Positions 30,606 to 39,521 of a stretch of DNA of 64,000 bases are shown here, in pieces. Made by a program: the position numbers and the translations under genes. The DNA is from a virus, in IMG/VR virus record IMGVR_UViG_3300008111_000001. The stretch is one strand, 5' to 3'. The stretch's first letter is position 1. Every line of letters begins with the position of its first letter. A model generated the notes under the pieces. That model made no database searches, was not told the origin of the DNA, and saw only the letters and a program-made list of their open reading frames with translations.

Positions 30606-31138
30606 GTTATAAGTTTAGAGTTTTGAATTTGAGAAAGAAGATCAGCGTTTTGCTGCTCAAGTTCAAAGCATTTTGACTCTAATGATTTAATGTAATCAAT
30701 GTAATATTGATTATCGGCAGACACATTGGAAAAGTTATCCATGATCTGATTAAGTATTTTAATATTATCTATATTAGAACCGTTGTTGATTGAATCAAAT
30801 AGTTCTTCGGTAAATGGTATAAAATGTATGAGAACTATTGATCCAGAAGCTTCACGGATAATATTAAATATCTTTAAGTTGTTATAAAATCTTTTGTAAA
30901 GAACGTTGGGAAGATGAGGATGAACGTTTTTTCTGTAAGAAGTTTTAGAACAAGTATAAAGATAAAAAGGGTATGGAGACTGAGATACTTCATTAATAAT
31001 AGATGAATGAAGGGAATAGGTCTCAGCATAAAGTTGAACATTGTCTTCATTAAGCTTTATGGGATTACCGGAAGATAAAGATGATTCAACATAATTGAAA
31101 AGATGAGTTGAATCATTAAAGCGTTGTATCATGGTCAT
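30596..31138 (-). CDS. hypothetical protein with C-terminal coiled coil
   Basis: 180 aa ORF, operonic. Confidence 0.65.
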   Translation of the reverse strand: MTMIQRFNDSTHLFNYVESSLSSGNPIKLNEDNVQLYAETYSLHSSIINEVSQSPYPFYLYTCSKTSYRKNVHPHLPNVLYKRFYNNLKIFNIIREASGSIVLIHFIPFTEELFDSINNGSNIDNIKILNQIMDNFSNVSADNQYYIDYIKSLESKCFELEQQNADLLSQIQNSKLITWY

Positions 31139-31422
31139 GAGTTTACCTCTATGGAATATAGTTCAACTTTACCAGTTTTTATGAACTCTTGAAGAGTAGT
31201 TGAAGCTACGTGCAAGGACGTGATTGTGGGATAGAAAGACTTAGCCAAAGGATATATTTGGCTAAGATAAGTTATATTTTTTAATATAGTATTAGAATAG
31301 TTATCTACAAATAAAACGCAAGAAGAATCAGGCGTTTGTATCAGATAGCTTTTCTGAAGCCAAGTTGTTAACGGCTGAGGCAACTCTCGGATTTTCGTCA
31401 GCCAAGATTCCTTTTGATGCAT
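31135..31422 (-). CDS. hypothetical protein
   Basis: 95 aa ORF; the 5' part overlaps the previous gene, so the true start is uncertain. Confidence 0.45.
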   Translation of the reverse strand: MHQKESWLTKIRELPQPLTTWLQKSYLIQTPDSSCVLFVDNYSNTILKNITYLSQIYPLAKSFYPTITSLHVASTTLQEFIKTGKVELYSIEVNS

Positions 31423-31714
31423 TCTGCATTACCTCTAGCATTTGTTTGCGCGATTGCTGCAAAGTTTCATGGAAAGCTCTACGAGCCTCATCGGTAGCAA
31501 AAGCAATCTGACCAACTAAGGCTTCAGTAAAAACTGCTTGCTCACCATAGCTAAGAACAAGTGTGGCGACTTGTTTCTCTATGGCTTCGAGAGATGTTTC
31601 AAGGTTTTTAAGACGGTCTTCAACCTGAGCTGCTAGACCGTTTATAATATCTTGAAAAAATTTTGTAAGAAACTCTGCGGTTGTTTTATCTAGGTATTCG
31701 TTGCTATCTGTCAT
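31328..31714 (-). CDS. hypothetical coiled-coil protein
   Basis: 128 aa heptad-rich. Confidence 0.7.
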   Translation of the reverse strand: MTDSNEYLDKTTAEFLTKFFQDIINGLAAQVEDRLKNLETSLEAIEKQVATLVLSYGEQAVFTEALVGQIAFATDEARRAFHETLQQSRKQMLEVMQNASKGILADENPRVASAVNNLASEKLSDTNA

Positions 31715-32352
31715 ATTTCATACCAATCCTGATTGTTAGTGACATAAGAAACTAAAGATAAGTCCATAAGATATGAAATGGAACAAATATCTTGACGAGT
31801 TACCTTAATCTGATCAACAGATAAAGGAGACTTCATATCTGGAATAAAAGCTCCACTGTCAGATTTGCGGGCAGCAAAGTGACCGCATTTCCAAACAAAA
31901 GCGGTACTGTCGTATGACTCACTGGACTGCCAATAGTGTGCTTTAAATATTCTAGATATAGGCTTACCGTCGATAACGGCTCCGCCGTAAGAAACAAAAC
32001 CTTCGTTTGTAGGAACGCCCATCTTTTCGTTTTGAGGATAATTAGTTACAGCATTTCCGGTGGCAATAGACTTTAAATAAGCGGAGAAATCTATTGCATC
32101 AACAAAAACAGCAGTACTGCTAATAAGCTTACCCTCAGGAGAAGTCTTGCCAATATCAATCTTCATCTTCAAAGCTTGATGCCAAGGACGAATAGCTAAA
32201 AATCCTGATTGAGTCTTAGATCTAAACCACTTTTTATAAAGTTCTTGATGAAATTCTTTATTATCAGAATTCTTCAAAGTATCAGTAGGAGAGCCGTCTT
32301 CGTCAAGAGAAGATAGAAAATCTTCCACATTACTGTAAGCGTTATCAGTCAT
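31711..32352 (-). CDS. hypothetical protein
   Basis: 213 aa, AGGAG RBS, directly after the AAA gene. Confidence 0.75.
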   Translation of the reverse strand: MTDNAYSNVEDFLSSLDEDGSPTDTLKNSDNKEFHQELYKKWFRSKTQSGFLAIRPWHQALKMKIDIGKTSPEGKLISSTAVFVDAIDFSAYLKSIATGNAVTNYPQNEKMGVPTNEGFVSYGGAVIDGKPISRIFKAHYWQSSESYDSTAFVWKCGHFAARKSDSGAFIPDMKSPLSVDQIKVTRQDICSISYLMDLSLVSYVTNNQDWYEI

Positions 32353-32364
32353 TTTTTCTCCTTT

Positions 32365-33969
32365 TTATTTCCATGTTACTGAGGCTGGCTGTTTTTGGGG
32401 TGATGTTTTCGAAAGCATTATTATAGCATCATTCATCTGCTCTGTGGATGCCCAATCCCACTGCTCTAAGGCATACTTGTACATTGAGACAACTGTTTCA
32501 TTGTGTTTCATCCATATGATATTCTTCATTTTTGGAGCATAAGTAAGAATATCATTAGTTTCAATGGGTCTTAGGGATTCGGAAACAACATAAAACTTTG
32601 TTTCTCTGATAAGAGAAACTATCTCTGCACCAGTCATATACTGGGTGGCTTGAGCAAGAGAATCATAATCATAAGAATGATCAGTATCAATCTTGGAAAG
32701 ATGTATTTGGAAGATGTGTTTGCGCTCTTCAAAAGAAGGTAGACCAACAAACATAATTTTGTCAAAGCGATCAGCACGAAGCATCTCTGGTCTCAAGGAA
32801 TCAAGAGAGTTTGCGGCACACAACAAGAAGGTGTCCTCTGGAAGTTCTTGCAAGCCGGTAAGAAACTCGCCATGGACACGATCAGTAGTGCCACCATCTA
32901 CATGAGAAGAGCTGGATCCACCGGAAAGGTCACGACCAAACTCGTCAATCCAAACACATAGAGGAGACATAGCTTTAATTTGCTTGAAGACAGAACGCAT
33001 ATTGGCCTCTGATTGACCAATGAAAGAATTCATCACTTGACTAATGCCGGTTCTGGCAAGATCAAGATCGAGTTCTTTAGCAGTTGCTTGACAGATGGCC
33101 GATTTGCCAGTGCCCGGTACTCCAACCATAAGAAGTCTTCTAATTGGAGTAACACCAAAGGAGGCGGTGCGTTGCTGATCTTTGCGCAACACAGAGGTAC
33201 GGCGAATGATATCTTTAATATTATCAAGGCCACCAATATCAGCAAAAGATATTGCAGGCTTAACTATTTCAAGAATACCATTCTTCTTTATATTGGCCAT
33301 CTTGACGTCATAAATATATTTGGGATCAATCTTAGAATGATTGACGACAGACATCAAGCAAAGGTCAATAAATTGAGATTCAGAGAGACCAATGCCAGCG
33401 TTCACGACATCTTTTATTGAAGTATCAGGTAAAAGACGGTCATGAGCTGCTTCATTGATATGGGTAACAATCGTAGAAAGTTCTTGAGGAGTTGGATAAG
33501 AATCTTCTAAGATTGTAAAAAGATGGGCAAAGTCTTCTGGGCATTCGAGAGCAGAAACAAATATAAACTGCAGAGGCATTGCAGCAATATCGTCAGACCA
33601 AAACGCTGTACGATAAAGAGATTTGAAATGAGAAAGTACAGAAGAATAAGGTGAAATGGCCTCAGCGGGGGAAGAAGGAATATTGACAATATAAGTAGAA
33701 CGAGTAATGGACTTATCTGTCATAAGATAATGTAAGGCTACTTGGGGATCAAATGTAGTTGTGTGAGACTCAGTACTCATATCAGGAAAAGCAGGATTTG
33801 GTACAAGCACAGGTTTCCATTGTCCATCAACAAACTTAGAAAAGCCGTTAACAAAATCTATAGAATAAAAGTTGCGAGATATAGTAGATGTAATGATATC
33901 AGTAACTCTTGAAGGATCAGAAGACTGAATCCAAAGGTTAGGATATCCGAGTTTAATTTTGTCGAACAT
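32365..33969 (-). CDS. AAA+ ATPase (Ycf46/Cdc48-like; degenerate N-terminal plus active C-terminal AAA module)
   Basis: Walker A GVPGTGKS, Walker B CVWIDE, sensor/SRH CAAN..L.PEMLRADRFD. Confidence 0.92.
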   Translation of the reverse strand: MFDKIKLGYPNLWIQSSDPSRVTDIITSTISRNFYSIDFVNGFSKFVDGQWKPVLVPNPAFPDMSTESHTTTFDPQVALHYLMTDKSITRSTYIVNIPSSPAEAISPYSSVLSHFKSLYRTAFWSDDIAAMPLQFIFVSALECPEDFAHLFTILEDSYPTPQELSTIVTHINEAAHDRLLPDTSIKDVVNAGIGLSESQFIDLCLMSVVNHSKIDPKYIYDVKMANIKKNGILEIVKPAISFADIGGLDNIKDIIRRTSVLRKDQQRTASFGVTPIRRLLMVGVPGTGKSAICQATAKELDLDLARTGISQVMNSFIGQSEANMRSVFKQIKAMSPLCVWIDEFGRDLSGGSSSSHVDGGTTDRVHGEFLTGLQELPEDTFLLCAANSLDSLRPEMLRADRFDKIMFVGLPSFEERKHIFQIHLSKIDTDHSYDYDSLAQATQYMTGAEIVSLIRETKFYVVSESLRPIETNDILTYAPKMKNIIWMKHNETVVSMYKYALEQWDWASTEQMNDAIIMLSKTSPQKQPASVTWK

Positions 33970-34004
33970 TGTCGTATCACCGTAATACTAGTTGTAGGCT
34001 TTCT

Positions 34005-34056
34005 AAAAAATATAGTGAGTGGGGGGAGGGCACTCATAAAGAGTAACCCTCCCCCC
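34005..34056 (-). terminator. rho-independent terminator-like hairpin after the Ubl gene
   Basis: GGGGGGAGGG/CCCTCCCCCC 10-bp stem with inner ACTC/GAGT stem; T-run on the minus strand. Confidence 0.65.
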
Positions 34057-34096
34057 GCCGAACAGCGTTATAAAACAGCTGTTCGTAGATGGGTAA

Positions 34097-34351
34097 TCAG
34101 CCCTTCTCGCCAGCACGACGATGGAACTCGACGTTCTGGCCAGGCTGGACTACCGCGTTCTCGTCAAGCTTATCCTTGCCACAGTAGGCGACAGCATCGC
34201 TTGGGATACCCCAAATCTTGCTGAACTGCTCGCGGATTTCCTTGATTGACTTACCAGCAATGTTGCTGGGCTGGTTGTAAACACCATAGCGGATATTAGC
34301 CATTCCGGTGGGACGATTTGGCTGAGCTCCGCTGTTGCTTGAGGTTTCCAT
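34097..34351 (-). CDS. prokaryotic ubiquitin-like protein (Prok_Ub/PRTRC-C-like)
   Basis: 84 aa beta-grasp-like (GKSIKEIRE..IPSDAVAYC..LDENAVVQPGQNVEF) ending RRAGEKG-stop; strong AGGAG RBS; adjacent to E1. Confidence 0.8.
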   Translation of the reverse strand: METSSNSGAQPNRPTGMANIRYGVYNQPSNIAGKSIKEIREQFSKIWGIPSDAVAYCGKDKLDENAVVQPGQNVEFHRRAGEKG

Positions 34352-34371
34352 TTTGTTATCTCCTATTTATA

Positions 34372-35181
34372 TTATACGGTAACTGTTTCATTTAGGGCTG
34401 AATGCATTCTATTGTAGGGTTCAGATTTGCCTATGCCCAAATCGAAGAAGATCTCTGTCTCTTCTGGACTCTGGTTGGACACTATTGTTTTCTGAACTCT
34501 ACCTAGAATGAAAGATGCAACCGCCATGTTAGTGGCAAGAAGCTGTGTTCCACCTTCAATTTCAGAACGCTGTTGGCAGCTGAGTTCACCAGGATTCTTG
34601 TCCGGAGGATTATGATATTCTGGATGGAATTCAGCAGGGTGAGAAGTAATCTCTACGCCGTCACGCTTCTGATAATGATAGATAGAACCAAACAAGGCGT
34701 CGTCATTACCGCCTGTAAACACATCAATATTATTAAGTTTTGCTGCAGCGTCAAATAAAATCTTTCTTGCAGCAAAATTATCTACAACTGCAAAGACAAC
34801 ATCGTTTTCTCGAATGAGATCACTTGCTTTAATTTTGGGACTTTCTTCGTCTGCAACACCAGAAAAGTTGTCATCTACAACCCACTTTGCAACAGGGATA
34901 ATAGTAGTTTTTGGGAACTGAGGAACTAGCTCAGTAGCTTTAACTACAGCTTTGTTGCCAAGTTTAGTAAAGTCTTGACGTTCTTTATTCTTCTCTTCAT
35001 ATGTGTCACCATCTACAATAATGAGAGCAGAATTAGGAAACTTCCATTCAAGAAGACGAACAAGGCCAGCGGCAAGCCAAGTGCCGATGCCTCCAGCTCC
35101 AACAAGAATAAAACGCTTGCTATCAGTAGGATTCATAAGTATCTCTTTCATAAATATATTCTGAATAAATTGTGCATCCAT
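34372..35181 (-). CDS. E1-like ThiF/MoeB adenylyltransferase (likely start 35136)
   Basis: ILVGAGGIG, DGDTYEEKNKERQ, VVDNFAAR, putative catalytic Cys in GELSCQQR..QLLATN. Confidence 0.9.
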   Translation of the reverse strand: MDAQFIQNIFMKEILMNPTDSKRFILVGAGGIGTWLAAGLVRLLEWKFPNSALIIVDGDTYEEKNKERQDFTKLGNKAVVKATELVPQFPKTTIIPVAKWVVDDNFSGVADEESPKIKASDLIRENDVVFAVVDNFAARKILFDAAAKLNNIDVFTGGNDDALFGSIYHYQKRDGVEITSHPAEFHPEYHNPPDKNPGELSCQQRSEIEGGTQLLATNMAVASFILGRVQKTIVSNQSPEETEIFFDLGIGKSEPYNRMHSALNETVTV

Positions 35182-36823
35182 CAGAAGTTATGGTGTCAGC
35201 ATAGTGTTCCGGTTCTTTGTCTTTAGGTGAAGATATGTAATTGACAATTCTGGAAGAATACCTAGGACAAATTGCAGTATAATAATGTTCGCACTTGTAG
35301 CAATCAGAATCTTTTGAGTAAACATCATATTTACCCATAAAATTATCAAAATCAAATGCGTCTAAAGATGTTACTTGAATGGCGCAATAACAATCTTCTT
35401 TTTTCTGAGAGCAGCAAAGAGTAAGTTGCTCATCATTAGTGGGTAGATCTTTATCTAACCATTGGTCCTGCAAATAAGAGCTTATTAGATCTGGGGTAAG
35501 TCTAAGAAGCATAAAGTTGTTTTCTATGTCTTTGGTAAGCATGTAAAGTGCTGCATCCTCAGAGATATTTCTGTCTCGACAGTACTCAGACATGTTATAA
35601 ACTACTTGGTCTACTGGCGTGTCCGGTTCACATAAGGGAACGTCACAAAGAGCGCAACAGTGGTCAACATAGATAGAATTAATAGGGACATACGCAAAAC
35701 AGGATGGGCAGCTAAACTTGCCTTTTTCGCTAGAAGGGTTTGCTTCGCAAACAAGAACGACTTGATTTTCATATCCTATAGCCTCTTCTATCATATCTAA
35801 TATATGAGTAGAATAATTTATGAAACCAATTAATTGAGTATTAGTGCGTCCAGCCGCTGTAGTAGTTTGAGTACGCGCCTGGGGCTGGGGCAGTACCTGT
35901 CCATGAAGATCCGTGCGAGTACCCCCCATATTGGGGGGGCTGACTTTTTTTACTTTATCAGTCCACCCTACAACTTCAGCATCGGGAGCTTTATCAAGTG
36001 TGTATCCTTCAAATACATCTTCGGGATCAAGCTTGTAAGCTTTACCTGCCATCTGCATTTCGATATAATACTGAGTAGCACCGTTGTTAACAGACTTCTG
36101 CCAACCAAAGGTAATATGAATTCCGTCAAAGTCAGCTTGATCAGCGTGATCAGTTCCCGAAGCGTAGGCGCTCATTCCGGGATGACTGTGAACAGATCCA
36201 ACAATTAGAACATTGTCAGGCTTAATCTGAGCGATGCTATCTGGATCATAGTTGCAATGAACAGAAGTATTGGTTTGGTCAGGAACGAGAATTCCCCATC
36301 CATCAGAACCTTCTTTATTCTGATCAAAGGTCAACATGACGATAGACTCAGTGCCGTGCTGAGCCTCTACAAGCCTAAAGAATTGATCAAGCTTATCTAT
36401 AAGAATATAGGGAATTGGTGGCATATCATAGATAGCTTCTTCTTCGACACTAATGAAGTCAGAGCCTAGTTCTGGACGAGCAATAGTTACTGTGCGACCA
36501 ACAAAATTGTTGACAACTCTATAAATTTGAGAAGACTTAACAATAACAGGGGGAGGAGCAACAGTGGCAGTCTTGTTGTTGTTATTGTAAGTAACAGTGC
36601 CTGTATTAGAGGAGGGGGTGTTTGTGGGTTTAATTTCTTTTTCCTCGTTGGCAATAATATAATATATATTAAAACCAAAAGATTCGATGCATTCGCAGAT
36701 ATCAGATCTATCTGCTACGAAAGTAGGAAGACCATCAGATGTAATCCAAAGTGGATTAAGGTCTTCTAGTGTAAGATATTCTTCCTCATTTTCTTCGAGA
36801 GGAAGAGTCTGTTGATCGGACAT
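35123..36823 (-). CDS. JAB/JAMM metalloprotease (deubiquitinase-like) with Cys-rich C-terminus
   Basis: E of ESIVML plus VHSHPGMSAYASGTD (HxH-x7-S-x2-D); C-terminal CPSC..CCALC..CC..CYC..CYKC. Confidence 0.88.
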   Translation of the reverse strand: MSDQQTLPLEENEEEYLTLEDLNPLWITSDGLPTFVADRSDICECIESFGFNIYYIIANEEKEIKPTNTPSSNTGTVTYNNNNKTATVAPPPVIVKSSQIYRVVNNFVGRTVTIARPELGSDFISVEEEAIYDMPPIPYILIDKLDQFFRLVEAQHGTESIVMLTFDQNKEGSDGWGILVPDQTNTSVHCNYDPDSIAQIKPDNVLIVGSVHSHPGMSAYASGTDHADQADFDGIHITFGWQKSVNNGATQYYIEMQMAGKAYKLDPEDVFEGYTLDKAPDAEVVGWTDKVKKVSPPNMGGTRTDLHGQVLPQPQARTQTTTAAGRTNTQLIGFINYSTHILDMIEEAIGYENQVVLVCEANPSSEKGKFSCPSCFAYVPINSIYVDHCCALCDVPLCEPDTPVDQVVYNMSEYCRDRNISEDAALYMLTKDIENNFMLLRLTPDLISSYLQDQWLDKDLPTNDEQLTLCCSQKKEDCYCAIQVTSLDAFDFDNFMGKYDVYSKDSDCYKCEHYYTAICPRYSSRIVNYISSPKDKEPEHYADTITSDGCTIYSEYIYERDTYESY

Positions 36824-36877
36824 TATTTCTCCTAAATATTAATATTTCCAGTTATTTGTATATTTATGTTTTTTAAA

Positions 36878-38245
36878 TTAGAAAGGTGATTCATTATCTT
36901 GTGCATCATCTGCATTTTGGCAGGATTGACATATGCCAGAATATTTTTCGCTCATGATAAAGGTATCAAATTCGGGATGGGTATAATAAATACCATTATC
37001 ACACTCTCCACAATATTTATATGATACACCAGGCTCAGATGGTAGATAAATCCACACATCAGAAAGAGACAACCAAAGAACACTGCCACCTTCAGGGTGA
37101 TGATATTCGTTAGTATTTATGGCTAAAACATAACCTTCAAAACAAGAATCGCATATGAAAGGTGAATGAGCAGAAGAATTAGGACATATGTCTGTTGTGA
37201 AATATTCTTCACAGTCTTCACAGCTCCAACAGTTTTCTGAATCTTCTTCTTCATCAACGAAAACAGGTGCAGCAGTACTCTGGTTTAGTTTAACGTTTTC
37301 AGAATTTTCAATAACATTGATAACAGGAGGCTGAGTAGTAGAAGAATTGTAAGCCATTTTAAACCAATCAAATACTTTTGCCGCAGGAAGTGTGTAGTCG
37401 GAACGAAGTATTTGATTAACAGGCTTAGGGATTGTTGTATCAGTATAATATGCTTGATAGTTGCCGGAGATGGCATCTGCCAAAGTTAATGGCTGACCAT
37501 TGGAATAATGCTTATCTTGATGGTCGCGATCTTTAACTAAAACTGGAATCCAAATATTAGGATCTAAAGTCCATTCGTATCCATTTTTATCAGAATAGTT
37601 TTGCCATGCTATAGGATCGTGAAGATGCAACTCTTTACTATTCTCGCGGTAAAATCGAGGGCCATCAGTTTCGCTCATATTCTGATCGTTATAAGCTTCT
37701 GTTCCAGAGCAACGATCAAGAACTTTTGCTAGCTTTTCACCGAAAGGATACTTGGATATATCTTCGTTGTGATACAAACAAATCCAACCAACACCATTGC
37801 CACGATAGCCTTTGCAGTTGATGTTTGGAAGATTAACATGATACAAGGGAGCATGAGGATATGTGATGGGAACTGGGGAATAAAACGTTCTAGCACCATA
37901 AATATTGCCGTCCATAAGATCGGCAATAACTATTCTGTATGGTTGAGCAACATAATATTTTGTGGCATTTTTGTCACCTTCGTATTGTCCCCAGTTAATG
38001 TAATACATTCCGGGTTTGTGTTGATAAACAATTTGAGTGTGATTGCCAGCAGAACGAAGAGCTAACAAACCTGAGCCATCAACAGGCATGAGACCAGTAT
38101 CAATGTAGGAATAGTTAGAAAAAGAAGTGTAAAAAGAAGTCAGATCTTTATCAGTGACATGATCTAAACCAAAAGAATTAACTGAAGAACGGAAAGTAAG
38201 ATTTCCCTCTTCAGTGTTAATGAAAGAGTATTGAACGTTGCTCAT
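36878..38245 (-). CDS. prokaryotic E2-like (Prok-E2_D/PRTRC-B-like) protein with C-terminal Zn fingers, paralogue 1
   Basis: QPYRIVI..RTFYSP..APLYHVNLPNIN..GVGWICLY; C-terminal CEDC, CDSC, CGEC, CQSC. Confidence 0.65.
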   Translation of the reverse strand: MSNVQYSFINTEEGNLTFRSSVNSFGLDHVTDKDLTSFYTSFSNYSYIDTGLMPVDGSGLLALRSAGNHTQIVYQHKPGMYYINWGQYEGDKNATKYYVAQPYRIVIADLMDGNIYGARTFYSPVPITYPHAPLYHVNLPNINCKGYRGNGVGWICLYHNEDISKYPFGEKLAKVLDRCSGTEAYNDQNMSETDGPRFYRENSKELHLHDPIAWQNYSDKNGYEWTLDPNIWIPVLVKDRDHQDKHYSNGQPLTLADAISGNYQAYYTDTTIPKPVNQILRSDYTLPAAKVFDWFKMAYNSSTTQPPVINVIENSENVKLNQSTAAPVFVDEEEDSENCWSCEDCEEYFTTDICPNSSAHSPFICDSCFEGYVLAINTNEYHHPEGGSVLWLSLSDVWIYLPSEPGVSYKYCGECDNGIYYTHPEFDTFIMSEKYSGICQSCQNADDAQDNESPF

Positions 38246-38266
38246 TGTTAAATCCTTAGATATAGT

Positions 38267-38671
38267 TTATTCTTCTATTTCTTTGAAGATGCTGTCGATA
38301 CTTTCGTCAACGTCTTTGGAGAAATCACCAAAAGCCCAAGCAAACCAATGCGGGTCATCATTAATGACTTTGATTAGGCTAAGCTTGCCTTCTAAAGTTT
38401 CGTGAATTTCAACGAGATCAGCAAGACGAGATAGGGCTTTGGAAAGTTTTTTGAGATCATTCTTATTTCCGCCAAGCATAAGAATATTCTTGAGAACAGG
38501 AATACCAGATATGTAGAACTTTTCAGATTCTACAATAGCTGTAATTCTATCTGTGATGGCATCGTAAGATTCTTGTATTTCATTGCTAGCTTTACCGGCC
38601 ATGGAAAATGAAAAGTTAAAATTGTCCATACCAATTTTAGAGGATGGAGAAAATTTATCAGGATACGTCAC
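38267..38671 (-). CDS. hypothetical helical protein, first gene of the Ubl operon
   Basis: 134 aa, GGAG RBS. Confidence 0.7.
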   Translation of the reverse strand: MTYPDKFSPSSKIGMDNFNFSFSMAGKASNEIQESYDAITDRITAIVESEKFYISGIPVLKNILMLGGNKNDLKKLSKALSRLADLVEIHETLEGKLSLIKVINDDPHWFAWAFGDFSKDVDESIDSIFKEIEE

Positions 38672-38933
38672 GTTTGACTCCCTTAGTAAGTTTACGAAGA
38701 ACTATAAAATCTTTGACTTCTAGGATAGACCACCATACTGTAGCTGAACCTATCGCTAGCTTTGTAAGAACCCTAGCTAGATATTGTTCATCTATAGAAG
38801 AAGCTGTTCCAGGAGTAAGACCTTGGACATCAAAATAAGAGTCTTCTAGAAGATCAGATATTTTAGTACGAATTTTCTCTCTTTCGTGTTGACGTTTCAA
38901 TTTCATCTTTGATGTCTTCATTAAATTCCCCAA
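38658..38933 (-). CDS. hypothetical protein
   Basis: 91 aa ORF, operonic. Confidence 0.55.
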   Translation of the reverse strand: MGNLMKTSKMKLKRQHEREKIRTKISDLLEDSYFDVQGLTPGTASSIDEQYLARVLTKLAIGSATVWWSILEVKDFIVLRKLTKGVKRDVS

Positions 38934-39072
38934 AGTGTTGTGGTGTTACTGTCGTGAAAAAACTGGCTAGTATAATATCAATCTGTTTTTCTGGGGTTTT
39001 GTTCTTTAATCTATTATTAATAACTTTAGCGCTGAGGCCAAGTAAAACAACTGGAAGTATTAAGAGGTGCAT
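38863..39072 (-). CDS. small membrane-anchored hypothetical protein
   Basis: N-terminal hydrophobic segment. Confidence 0.5.
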   Translation of the reverse strand: MHLLILPVVLLGLSAKVINNRLKNKTPEKQIDIILASFFTTVTPQHFGEFNEDIKDEIETSTRKRENSY

Positions 39073-39521
39073 AATGCAATATTCCTTTTTGCGGATCGGT
39101 ATTTTGCGCCATCAGTTCCTACAAAATTTAGGAAAAGTTCACTAAGAGCTAATATACCGAGACCTAGTGTATTGGTGAAGTTAAAAATAATATTTAAAAG
39201 GAACAAAGTAAAAGCGGTTAAGAATCCTACGATAGGACCCGAAAGAGCAACTTTTATTTTTGACTCATTGGATAAACCAGGAGCCTTAACAAATGCTACA
39301 GCAAATAATGGAAATGGAATAAAAATAGGCAATGATGCTTTAGAGCCAAGTTTTCTGGCCATAAAATAGTGAGATATCTCATGAGCAAAAAGAACTAGTA
39401 TGGCAAAGAAAACAAAAGAACTATGAACTATAGAGTAGTTGATTGCAGCTACAGCAGATGCGCTAGCTATAGTCCATGTGATTTTTGGTATCTTACGAAA
39501 AAAAGATTTTATCTTGTTCAT
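39060..39521 (-). CDS. minimal M50 (site-2) membrane zinc metalloprotease
   Basis: HEISH in a TM segment, IALSGP-like VALSGP, LNFVGTDG (N..DG). Confidence 0.75.
   Translation of the reverse strand: MNKIKSFFRKIPKITWTIASASAVAAINYSIVHSSFVFFAILVLFAHEISHYFMARKLGSKASLPIFIPFPLFAVAFVKAPGLSNESKIKVALSGPIVGFLTAFTLFLLNIIFNFTNTLGLGILALSELFLNFVGTDGAKYRSAKRNIALCTS

Noticed and set aside
34372-35181. ThiF as a thiamine/molybdopterin biosynthesis auxiliary gene
   Set aside because: No thiG/thiS-GG/moaD/moaE context; neighbours are JAB, E2-like and a GEKG-ending Ubl
35181-37260. Canonical RING E3 ligase in the Cys-rich tails
   Set aside because: Cys/His spacing does not fit C3HC4 or C3H2C3 by eye; kept only as a weaker finding
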